In this document: in pieces, positions 9,611 to 19,606 of the stretch
How positions within the stretch are numbered: the first letter of the stretch is position 1
Layout of the letters: each line of letters starts with the position of its first letter
NCBI RefSeq assembly: GCF_000195955.2
Contig: NC_000962.3
Span: forward strand, 900,001-932,000
Direction: 5' to 3'
Source of the DNA: Mycobacterium tuberculosis H37Rv
GTDB taxonomy: Bacteria > Actinomycetota > Actinomycetes > Mycobacteriales > Mycobacteriaceae
Length of the DNA: 32,000 nt
Translations under genes and position numbers: made by a program
Notes under the pieces: model-generated
Seen by the model: only the letters and a program-made list of their open reading frames with translations
The model's database searches: none
Told to the model about the DNA's origin: nothing

Positions 9611-10033
9611 TCAAGCCAACAGTGGTTTCAGGGCAGAGCGCAGGTCGGCGGCCTTGGGGACCCCGGAGGTCCGGTAGCGCTGTCGCCCGTCGACATCGAA
9701 GATCAACGTGGTGGGCAGCGAAAGCACCGAAAATCGCCGCGCTGCCTGCGGGTTGGAGTCCAGGTCGACCTCGATGTGAGCAACATCTCCCAGATCGGCG
9801 CAGACGTCGCCGACCCCTCGGCGTACCCGGTCGCAGGGCGCACACCCTGGGGCCCTGAAATGCACGACGGTCGGCCCGGCCCCGGACAGGCCCAGTTCCG
9901 CGGTGCGCGCCGGAGCCGCCGGTGTCGTTTCCGGACCAACCTCCCGCAGGATCACTGACCGCCGGGTCAGCAACCACCGGGCAATGGTCGCCAGCGCACC
10001 TGTAGCAACGGAAGCGACGATCATGGTCGTCAT
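9611..10033 (-). CDS. thiX: Membrane-anchored thioredoxin-like protein
   Basis: 140-aa ORF with an N-terminal hydrophobic segment and the redox motif CAPC (RAPGCAPCDRV). Its ATG overlaps the Rv0817c stop (ATGA, 10030-10033). Confidence 0.8.
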   Translation of the reverse strand: MTTMIVASVATGALATIARWLLTRRSVILREVGPETTPAAPARTAELGLSGAGPTVVHFRAPGCAPCDRVRRGVGDVCADLGDVAHIEVDLDSNPQAARRFSVLSLPTTLIFDVDGRQRYRTSGVPKAADLRSALKPLLA

Positions 10034-10842
10034 GACTGTTTGAACTCGTCGAGCGAGATCGTTACTCCCCGGGTAATGCCTTCGATGATGACGTCCGATC
10101 CGCGCGCCCCCACGGTGTTTGGCACCACCCCGAACGGCAGCTTCTGGTTGGGCAGCTTGCTGGCGAAGGCGTGCAGCACCGCATCCCGCTTGTCATCCGG
10201 AACCGGTTGGTCCGCGGTGTCGGGTCCGGTCACGACGGCGGTGGGGGTGATAACCAAGGTCGCGCGGTCGTCCGAGGCAACGGACAGGTCCACCAAGACG
10301 CTGACCCGGTGAGCGAAGTTGGCCGATATGGGCGTGCCGCTGAACACCAGCCCGCGGCTGCCAGATATCCCGGACTCGGTAGTGCCGCCGGTGGCGTCGT
10401 TGCTCTCCTGACGGGGCGCGGCGACCATAAGGTCGCTAATGCCCAGGTAGCGGCCCAGGTGCATGGAGTCGATGATGATGCGACTCTCCAGCTCGCCGAC
10501 CGGGAGCTTGGCATCGGGCCTGATCAGCCAGGACGCGTAGGACAAGTCGATCGAATGCATAGTGGCCTCCAGAGTGGCCGTGCCACTTCCGGCGTGCTCC
10601 ACGGCAAATGCCTTGATTTCTAGCTCCGCGTAGTGTTCCCGCATCGCCTGCGGGATGAATGGGAACCGCAGGATGGCGACGAACGGGTCTGACCTCAGGT
10701 TTGCCGCTTTGCGCACAGTGGTCGACAGCCGGTACTCGGCATAGATGCTGGCCCCGAAATCGGCGCCGACGGCGCCCACGATGAGAACGGCCACGACGAT
10801 CGCCGCCCCGGTCACCCCGACCAGCACCTTGCGCATCGGCAT
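10030..10842 (-). CDS. Exported/envelope DUF2993 (LmeA-like lipid-binding) protein (Rv0817c)
   Basis: 270-aa ORF with an N-terminal signal/TM segment ([22 protein letters not shown]). The LmeA-family assignment is recalled, not computed. Confidence 0.75.
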   Translation of the reverse strand: MPMRKVLVGVTGAAIVVAVLIVGAVGADFGASIYAEYRLSTTVRKAANLRSDPFVAILRFPFIPQAMREHYAELEIKAFAVEHAGSGTATLEATMHSIDLSYASWLIRPDAKLPVGELESRIIIDSMHLGRYLGISDLMVAAPRQESNDATGGTTESGISGSRGLVFSGTPISANFAHRVSVLVDLSVASDDRATLVITPTAVVTGPDTADQPVPDDKRDAVLHAFASKLPNQKLPFGVVPNTVGARGSDVIIEGITRGVTISLDEFKQS

Positions 10843-10971
10843 ATTGTCGCCCAGCGCTCGAGCCCGTCCCGGAGCGCCTCGTCAGGCGGCACGTTATCGT
10901 TAGATGAGCTGCCGCTACCGTCACATGGCGCGATGAACTGGGAGACGCCTTTCCCACGACGCTGGAGGGGC

Positions 10972-12683
<1,712 letters not shown>

Positions 12684-12725
12684 CCGAAGATGTTCCCCCC
12701 CAAGAAGTCGTAAGCAGGAGCTTAA

Positions 12726-13502
12726 GTGGCCAAGCGGTTGGACCTCACGGACGTCAACATCTACTACGGGTCATTTCATGCGGTCGCTGATGTGTCGCTG
12801 GCGATTCTGCCCCGCAGCGTCACGGCGTTCATCGGTCCCTCGGGCTGCGGCAAGACGACGGTGCTGCGCACCTTGAACCGGATGCATGAGGTCATCCCCG
12901 GAGCTCGAGTCGAGGGTGCCGTACTGCTCGATGATCAAGATATCTACGCCCCCGGTATCGACCCGGTCGGTGTCCGCCGGGCAATCGGGATGGTGTTTCA
13001 GCGGCCGAATCCATTCCCCGCCATGTCGATTCGCAACAATGTGGTTGCCGGCCTGAAGCTGCAGGGTGTGCGCAATCGCAAGGTGCTCGACGATACGGCC
13101 GAATCCTCGCTGCGCGGCGCAAACCTGTGGGACGAGGTCAAGGATCGACTGGATAAACCCGGCGGCGGATTGTCTGGGGGGCAGCAGCAGCGGTTGTGCA
13201 TCGCACGGGCAATCGCCGTGCAACCCGACGTGTTGCTGATGGACGAGCCCTGCTCCTCGCTGGACCCAATCTCCACCATGGCCATCGAAGACCTGATCAG
13301 CGAGCTCAAGCAGCAGTACACCATCGTCATCGTCACCCATAACATGCAGCAGGCTGCCCGGGTGAGTGATCAGACGGCATTCTTCAACCTGGAAGCGGTG
13401 GGAAAGCCGGGGCGGCTGGTAGAGATCGCCAGCACCGAGAAAATCTTCTCCAACCCGAACCAGAAGGCCACCGAGGACTACATCTCCGGGCGCTTCGGCT
13501 AG
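12726..13502 (+). CDS. phoT: Phosphate-transport ABC ATPase, PstB paralogue
   Basis: 258-aa ORF with Walker [13 protein letters not shown] signature LSGGQQQRL and Walker B LLMDEP. It has a PstB-type N-terminus and no permease genes adjacent. Confidence 0.92.
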   Translation: MAKRLDLTDVNIYYGSFHAVADVSLAILPRSVTAFIGPSGCGKTTVLRTLNRMHEVIPGARVEGAVLLDDQDIYAPGIDPVGVRRAIGMVFQRPNPFPAMSIRNNVVAGLKLQGVRNRKVLDDTAESSLRGANLWDEVKDRLDKPGGGLSGGQQQRLCIARAIAVQPDVLLMDEPCSSLDPISTMAIEDLISELKQQYTIVIVTHNMQQAARVSDQTAFFNLEAVGKPGRLVEIASTEKIFSNPNQKATEDYISGRFG

Positions 13503-13557
13503 GCCCGATGCCCTCGATGGCCAGGCTGGCGTCACCGCGGGTGGATGTTTGCTCGGC

Positions 13558-14199
13558 CTAGGGAAAGGCGCCGGTCGCCTGGAAGATCACGCGTCGTGCC
13601 ACTTCCACGGCGTGGTCGGCAAAGCGCTCGTAGAATCGGCTCAGCAACGTCACGTCGACGGCGGCCGCCACTCCGTGCTTCCATTCGCGGTCCATCAGCA
13701 CGGTGAACAAATGCCGGTGCAGGTCGTCCATCGCGTCGTCTTCTTCGCGGATCTGGGCGGCCTTTTCCGGGTCGTGCGACAACACGACCTCTTGGGCACT
13801 GTTGCCCAATTCGACTGCAACTCTTCCCATTTCGGCAAAATAACCGTTGACCTCTTCGGGCAGCGCGTGCTGTGGATGCCGACGGCGGGCGATCTTGGCG
13901 ACATGCAGCGCCAACGCCCCCATCCGGTCGATGTCAGCCACCATCTGGATGGCGCTCACAATGGCTCTGAGGTCACCGGCGACCGGTGCCTGCAACGCCA
14001 GAAGAACGAATGCACTCTCCTCGGCCCGGGCGCTTAGCGTCGCGATCTTTTCGTGGTCGGAGATCACTTGCTCGGCCAGCACGAGATCGGCCTGCAGCAA
14101 GGCTTGGGTGGCCCGCTCCATGGCGATGCCTGCTAGCCCGCACATTTCCCCGAGACGCTCGGATAATTCCGAGAGTTGCTCATGGTAGGCGGTCCGCAT
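13558..14199 (-). CDS. phoY2: PhoU-family phosphate signalling protein
   Basis: 213-aa ORF with a two-repeat PhoU architecture (acidic repeat motifs such as EEDDAMDDL). It is convergent with phoT. Confidence 0.9.
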
Positions 14200-14256
14200 G
14201 TGCTAAAGCCTACGTTCCCGACCTTGGAAAATGCCGTAAGCGTCGTGTCAATGCGG

Positions 14257-16311
14257 CTACTCGCAGGTGGTGTCGGCGGCGTTGGTGACCGTCAGGTCCT
14301 CGGGCAGCTTGGTCGGTGGGCTGGAGGAGTTGCGGCTTATCTGCACGCTGACGGTGGAGCCACTCGGCAGGGGAGCGCGCACCGCGCTGAAGTCTTGGCC
14401 CAGCACCACCTGGACCAGTTGGCCGATCCCGGTCACCCGCTCGATCTTTGACTGGCCGAACACGGCGGCCACGGTGGCGGCAGCCTGTTCGTTGCCGGGC
14501 GAAAAAAACACTGTGGTGGCCAGCAGCGAACTCGGGTAGTCGTCCGGAGCCATCACGTTGAAGCCGTTCCGCTTGAGCTGATCGGTGGCGGTGGTGGCCA
14601 AACCGGCCTGGCCGGTCGAGTTAGAGACCTGCACTGTGACCTCTTTTGGCGAGGTCGTCGTAACCTGCTGGTGCTGAATCTCGTTGGTCAGACCCGCCTG
14701 CGGCGCCTTCTTGGTGGTGGTCGGCGGGGTCGACGGCGTGTTGCCCAGACGCTGGGCGTTGTGATCGTTTTCCAGGGGCAGCGGATCGTCGTCGATGATG
14801 GCGGTGAAAAGCGCCTTCATGTCGGAGGTACGCGGGGGCTCGTCGCCGTTCTGGTCGGTTATACCGGTCGGAACGGTCACGAACGTGACGTGCCCGGCCG
14901 CCATATGCTGCAACGATCGACCGAGTTCGACCAGGTCTTTGGTCTTGACGTTGTCCACGTAGCTGTTACCGATGAACATGTTGACGACGTTGTTGAGCCT
15001 GCTGAGGTTGAACAAGGTGTCCGTCGAGATCATCGAACGCAGCAGCGACGACAAAAACAACTGCTGGCGTTTGATGCGCCCGTAGTCGCCATTGCTCTCG
15101 GTGGTGACCTGGCGAGCGCGCACATAGTTCAGCGCGGTCGGCCCGTCAATGACCTGGCGTCCGGCGTGCTCCAGCACCGTGCCCAGTTCGTAGTCCCGCA
15201 ACGGGGTGGTGCTGCATACCTCGACGCCGCCGAGGGCCTCGACCATCCGCGCGAAACCGACGAAGTCAATCGCGATGAACCGGTTGATGCTCAAGCCCGA
15301 CAGTTTCTGAATGACCTTCACTAGACACTTAGGCCCGCCGAAGGAGAATGCCGAGTTCAGCTTGGTCTCCGTGTACACCAGTCTGGGACCCATCGTTCCC
15401 GTCTTCTCGTCGTAGATGGGTCCGTACTTACCGGTCTCGGGGTTCCACGCCTCGCATTGGATTGGAGTGATCGCCAGGTCGCGGGGGAACGACACCGCGA
15501 CGACCCGCTCGCGGCTGGCCGGAATGTTGACCAGCATGACGGTGTCCGAACGTGCGCCGCCGGCGTCCTCGGCGTCGCCGGCGCCGATATTGGCGTTCGC
15601 CCCGGCACGAGAGTCCATACCGACGAGCAAGAAGTTCTCGTCGCCATGCTGCCCGCTGGGGTTGACGATGTCGCCCGAATGCGGGTCGAGCGCGCTTACC
15701 ATGTTCAGCCGGCTGTTCTTCGACGCGCTCCACTGCCATGCCCCGCCGGTCAGCGCCAACGCCAGAGCGGCAAACAGAGCCGCCAGCGAGCGCGCGGCCA
15801 GCACCATCGGGCGCCGGCCGGAGTTCGGCGCTGGCTTGGCGGGCGCGGGCGACGTTCGGCGGATCCGCAATGGCCGCACTCGAGCCGATCCGGTTAGCTG
15901 CTTGCCGGGTAGCTCGGGTTCACGGCGGGCGTGGTCGGCGCGCGGATAGTTGGCTGCCCGGAGGTCGGGAAGCTCCGAGAGGAACTCGAGCGAGTGGGCC
16001 GGGATGGCGATAGCCTCGGTGTCCTGCTGGTCGTCGGCGTCGTCGTGGACCTTCGGGCCGCGGCCGGATGGCTCGGGTTCGGGGGCGACATGGCGGTGCG
16101 TGGGGAGGTCAGGAAAAGCGGGGCCGAGCCTGGCGATCAGATCGGCCACACTAACGGCGCCGGTGGCATGACAGCCGACATTCTGGGTGTCCCGCGGACC
16201 CTGGGCTGCCACCCATGTGGCGGGCGGTACCGTGATCCATCGGTCAACACCATCGGGGAATGCTGACTCGGAGAGCCGTGCCCACGGCGCGGCGCTCTCG
16301 CCGTCACTCAT
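14257..16311 (-). CDS. LytR-CpsA-Psr (LCP) family cell-wall glycopolymer ligase with C-terminal LytR_C domain (Rv0822c)
   Basis: 684-aa ORF with about 170 aa of N-terminal cytoplasmic region, then a TM segment (LAALFAALALALTGGAW). LCP core motifs (FLLVGMDSR, RSDTVMLVNIP, SFPRDL) are followed by a Pro/Thr linker and a LytR_C-like C-terminus. Confidence 0.85.
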   Translation of the reverse strand: MSDGESAAPWARLSESAFPDGVDRWITVPPATWVAAQGPRDTQNVGCHATGAVSVADLIARLGPAFPDLPTHRHVAPEPEPSGRGPKVHDDADDQQDTEAIAIPAHSLEFLSELPDLRAANYPRADHARREPELPGKQLTGSARVRPLRIRRTSPAPAKPAPNSGRRPMVLAARSLAALFAALALALTGGAWQWSASKNSRLNMVSALDPHSGDIVNPSGQHGDENFLLVGMDSRAGANANIGAGDAEDAGGARSDTVMLVNIPASRERVVAVSFPRDLAITPIQCEAWNPETGKYGPIYDEKTGTMGPRLVYTETKLNSAFSFGGPKCLVKVIQKLSGLSINRFIAIDFVGFARMVEALGGVEVCSTTPLRDYELGTVLEHAGRQVIDGPTALNYVRARQVTTESNGDYGRIKRQQLFLSSLLRSMISTDTLFNLSRLNNVVNMFIGNSYVDNVKTKDLVELGRSLQHMAAGHVTFVTVPTGITDQNGDEPPRTSDMKALFTAIIDDDPLPLENDHNAQRLGNTPSTPPTTTKKAPQAGLTNEIQHQQVTTTSPKEVTVQVSNSTGQAGLATTATDQLKRNGFNVMAPDDYPSSLLATTVFFSPGNEQAAATVAAVFGQSKIERVTGIGQLVQVVLGQDFSAVRAPLPSGSTVSVQISRNSSSPPTKLPEDLTVTNAADTTCE

Positions 16312-16476
16312 GTCCTACCGGCCTCCGAGAGTCTAGGTGGCGGACGCCCGCGGTGTTGGCTGCGTGTCCTACGCGCACCTTCGCGCAGCACCGCCACGAG
16401 TCGGCGCCGCACAATGCAGCAAGGCCCACATCGTACTGATTTATCGGTCCAGACGCGATTTCGACAGGGTCTCGAT

Positions 16477-17646
16477 TCAGCCACCCGACCCCATGGCGTC
16501 CGCCCCTTCCGGCACTCGGCAGTCGTCGGGGTCGGTTAGCCAGCCGTCGGGAAGGGCCACCCGGGCGGGGGAACCCTGCCGGCCCCGGGCGCCAGTCGCG
16601 GAGTCCGGGAACGGTACCGTGCCGTCCAACCGGTCCAGCAGGCAGTCGAGCTCGTCGAACGTCTTGACCATTGCTAACGCCCGCCGGAGCGCGGAGCCCG
16701 CCGGGAAGCCATGGAGATACCAGGCGATGTGCTTGCGGATATCGCGCATGCCCTTGTCCTCGCCGAAGTGTGCGGCCAGCAAGGTGCCGTGACGGCGGAT
16801 GATGTCGGCGACTTCGCCGAGCGTGGGTGGGGTGGGGGCCGGGCTGCCGGTGAAAGCCGCGGACAACTCGGCAAATAGCCAGGGACGGCCCAGGCAGCCA
16901 CGGCCGATGACCACGCCGTCACAGCCGGTGGTGGACATCATGGCCAGTGCGTCGCCGGCATCGTAGATGTCGCCGTTGCCGAGCACCGGAATCGTCCGGA
17001 CATGCTGCTTGAGCCGGGCGATCTGTTCCCAGTCGGCGGTGCCGGAATAGCGTTGTGCCGCGGTACGGGCGTGCAGCGCGACCGCAGCGGCTCCTTCGGC
17101 CTCAGCGATGCGGCCGGCATCCAGATGTGTGTGGTGGGCGTCATCGATGCCAATGCGAAACTTGACCGTCACCGGTATATCGGTGCCTTCGGTGGCGCGC
17201 ACAGCCGCGGCCACGATCTGACCGAATAGCCGCCGTTTGAACGGTAGCGCCGCCCCGCCGCCGCGCTTGGTGACTTTGGGCACTGGGCAGCCGAAATTCA
17301 TGTCGATGTGATCGGCTAACCCTTCGCCAGCGATCATCCGAGCGGCCGCATACGTGGTGTCCGGATCGACGGTGTACAGCTGCAGCGAGCGTGGTGATTC
17401 GTCCGCGGAGAACGTTGTCATGTGCATGGTGACCGGGTGCCGCTCGATGAGCGCACGTGCGGTCACCATCTCGCAGACATACAGTCCGCTGACCGTGCCG
17501 ACCTTCGACTGTTCCAGCTGACGACACAGCGCCCGGAATGCGACGTTCGTCACACCGGCCATCGGAGCCAGCACAACCGGGCTGGCGAGCTCGATCGGGC
17601 CGATGCGCAACGCCGGGCTGGGTTGGATTGCCCGCCTCCTGCTCAT
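16477..17646 (-). CDS. dus: tRNA-dihydrouridine synthase (Rv0823c)
   Basis: 389-aa ORF with Dus motifs LAPMAGVTN and DMNFGCP (catalytic Cys). Its first 12 codons (MSRRRAIQPSPA) lie inside the MIRU repeat. Confidence 0.9.
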   Translation of the reverse strand: MSRRRAIQPSPALRIGPIELASPVVLAPMAGVTNVAFRALCRQLEQSKVGTVSGLYVCEMVTARALIERHPVTMHMTTFSADESPRSLQLYTVDPDTTYAAARMIAGEGLADHIDMNFGCPVPKVTKRGGGAALPFKRRLFGQIVAAAVRATEGTDIPVTVKFRIGIDDAHHTHLDAGRIAEAEGAAAVALHARTAAQRYSGTADWEQIARLKQHVRTIPVLGNGDIYDAGDALAMMSTTGCDGVVIGRGCLGRPWLFAELSAAFTGSPAPTPPTLGEVADIIRRHGTLLAAHFGEDKGMRDIRKHIAWYLHGFPAGSALRRALAMVKTFDELDCLLDRLDGTVPFPDSATGARGRQGSPARVALPDGWLTDPDDCRVPEGADAMGSGG

Positions 17647-17735
17647 CGCGCTGCGCGCTCTGCATCGTCGCCGGGCTGGGTTGGATTGCCCGCCTCCTGC
17701 TCATCGCGCTGCGCGCTCTGCATCGTCGCCGGGCT
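17611..17735. repeat. MIRU-type minisatellite: 58-bp unit, 2 full copies plus a 9-bp partial copy
   Basis: Units start at 17611, 17669 and 17727 (cgccgggctgggttggattgcccgcctcctgctcatcgcgctgcgcgctctgcatcgt). The two full copies are identical. On the minus strand the unit contains GACGATGCAGAGCG..GCGATGAGCAGGAGG, which resembles the MIRU consensus as I recall it. It fills the whole desA1-dus intercistronic space. Confidence 0.85.
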
Positions 17736-18750
17736 AACGACGGCTCATCGCCAGTTTGCCAGCGGTTTTATGCAGCTCGTGTGCGCTGACCTTCTTGCCC
17801 GTACGGGCTTCCCGGTCGAGTTGGCGTTGCTTGGACACCTCGAACTTGTCGCAGGCCAGCTCGAGGTCCTTGATCACCAGGGCCAGCTCGTCGCGCAGCT
17901 TAGCCCCCTCGCCGGTGAAGTCCTCGCGCTCGAAGATACGCCATTTCTTCAGTACCGGCATGACGACTTCGTCGAGGTGGATGCGCGGGTCGTAGACACC
18001 CCCGACGGCGATGACCACGGCTTTGCGCCGGAACTCGGGTACTTGGAAGCCGGGCATCTGGAAGTGGCTCAAAATCAGGTGCAGCGACTTCATGGCCTGG
18101 TTGGGCACGAGGTCGAACGCGGCCTCGCTGACGTCGCGGTAGAAGATCATGTGCAGATTCTCGTCTGCCGAGATCTTGGCCATGAGCTGGTCGGCGACGG
18201 GGTCGTTACATGCCTTGCCGGTATTGCGGTGCGAAATCCGGGTTGCCAGTTCCTGGAAACTGACATAGAGGACGGAGTCGGTGAGGCTCTCCGCGAAATA
18301 GTGGCCCTGGTGGTTTTGGCCTGGGCTGAAGCCCCGGTTGACTACCTCGAGGCGAAGTTTCTCCAACTCGACAGGGTCGACCGATCGGGTCACCACCAGG
18401 TAGTCGCGCAGCGCGATGCCGTGCCGATTCTCCTCGGCGGTCCAACGGTTGACCCACTGCCCCCACGCGCCGTCCATGCCCATGTTCATCGCGATCTCGC
18501 GGTGATACGACGGCAGGTTGTCCTCGGTGACCAGGTTCTGCACCATCGCCACCTGGGCGACATCAGAAAGCTTGCTCTGGTCGGGGTCCCAATCCTGCCC
18601 GCCGAGCGCGTAGTAGTTCTTCCCGTCCGACCACGGGATGTAGTCGTGCGGGTTCCAGGGCTTGTGCATGCTCAGGTGCCGGTTCAGGTACTTCTCGACG
18701 ACCGGTTCAAGTTCGTGCAGCAGCTGCAGGTCGGTCAGCTTGGCTGACAT
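17734..18750 (-). CDS. desA1: Acyl-ACP desaturase (di-iron), DesA1
   Basis: 338-aa ORF with di-iron ligand motifs WTAEENRHG and SADENLHMIF. An SD (ggagg) sits upstream of the ATG at 18750. Confidence 0.93.
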   Translation of the reverse strand: MSAKLTDLQLLHELEPVVEKYLNRHLSMHKPWNPHDYIPWSDGKNYYALGGQDWDPDQSKLSDVAQVAMVQNLVTEDNLPSYHREIAMNMGMDGAWGQWVNRWTAEENRHGIALRDYLVVTRSVDPVELEKLRLEVVNRGFSPGQNHQGHYFAESLTDSVLYVSFQELATRISHRNTGKACNDPVADQLMAKISADENLHMIFYRDVSEAAFDLVPNQAMKSLHLILSHFQMPGFQVPEFRRKAVVIAVGGVYDPRIHLDEVVMPVLKKWRIFEREDFTGEGAKLRDELALVIKDLELACDKFEVSKQRQLDREARTGKKVSAHELHKTAGKLAMSRR

Positions 18751-18911
18751 GGCGCCTCCAGTTATCTGTGTCTAATGGTTGCAGTCAATATATCTGTGTC
18801 TCTCGGTAGCATCAAGTTTGGGCTTCGCGCGGCATGTTGAGCTGCCAGCAGCGGGCAGGATGCTGGCATCGGCGGGCCCCGGTGGCCGCGTGGGGTGAAC
18901 CCCAGTCGTCC

Positions 18912-19571
18912 TCAGTTGTGCGGCCCGGCTGGGATGGAGTGTTCGGATTCTCCCCGCTCGCGGTGCGGTGCGTAGGTGGCGGCGGTGCTGAGCAACATGT
19001 TGACGCAGTAGTCGATGAATTGCTTGCGGGTGGCTCCCAGCCGTCCGTTCAGATATGCGGTGAACAGACCGGTAAGAGCGCCGATCAAGCTGGTGGCGAC
19101 CAGTTTCTGCAGAACTGGATCAACGATGCGGGACAACTTGCGTTGCAGCAACTCGATGAAGTTGGGCATCCACTCCGCGCCCGACCGGGTCAGGGCCGGT
19201 TCTACCGCCGGCGCCAGCAACAGCACGCGCCCGCGCACCGGATCGTCGACCATCAGCTCGACGAATTGCTCTACGGCCTCGCGCGGGGTTTGCGCGGACG
19301 TGAGGGTTGCCATCGCTCGTGTGCAGACGTCGTCGTAGACCGCGCGAACGAAATGTTCACGGTCGGCGAAGCTTTCGTAAAAGTAGCGTTCTGTCAGGCC
19401 GGCGTGGCGGCACACTGCGCGGACGGTGAGTGCGGGTCCGCCTGCGCCGCCGAGCAACTGCACGCCGGCGGCGACGAGGTTGTCTCGACGTAGGGCGTGC
19501 CGACTTTCCAAGGGGACACCGGACCAGCGGCCCCGGTTTTGACCGGTCTGCACAGCTCTCCTAAACTCCAT
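18912..19571 (-). CDS. TetR-family transcriptional regulator (Rv0825c)
   Basis: The ORF is open to 19631. ATG at 19571 (MEFRRAVQTG...) is my pick, and a GTG 6 codons further in is what I recall being annotated (213 aa). It has a TetR HTH (LTVRAVCRHAGLTERYFYESFADRE). Confidence 0.8.
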   Translation of the reverse strand: MEFRRAVQTGQNRGRWSGVPLESRHALRRDNLVAAGVQLLGGAGGPALTVRAVCRHAGLTERYFYESFADREHFVRAVYDDVCTRAMATLTSAQTPREAVEQFVELMVDDPVRGRVLLLAPAVEPALTRSGAEWMPNFIELLQRKLSRIVDPVLQKLVATSLIGALTGLFTAYLNGRLGATRKQFIDYCVNMLLSTAATYAPHRERGESEHSIPAGPHN

Positions 19572-19606
19572 AGTGACAACGTGCGTAGTCAGAATTCGTG
19601 TGGCCA

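Noticed and set aside
12771-13535. 254-aa minus-strand ORF antisense to phoT. The same reasoning covers 3596..4390 antisense to purM and 10984..11796 antisense to glnR.
   Set aside because: The sense genes have unambiguous catalytic or DNA-binding motifs, and the antisense frames have none.
13499-13561. Inverted 7-mers CTAGGCC / GGCCTAG containing the phoT and phoY2 stop codons, considered as a bidirectional terminator
   Set aside because: The stem is only 7 bp with a 49-nt loop, which is too weak to call a hairpin terminator.
17611-17735. Possibility that the tandem repeat (or the PGRS arrays) is a CRISPR array
   Set aside because: The 58-bp units are directly adjacent with no spacers, and the PGRS repeats are in-frame codon repeats. 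No cas genes are in the window. The MIRU interpretation fits better.
17422-18747. 441-aa + strand ORF covering the whole of desA1 in antisense
   Set aside because: The desA1 frame carries the di-iron desaturase motifs, while the antisense product has no recognisable features. Long antisense ORFs are expected at this GC content.
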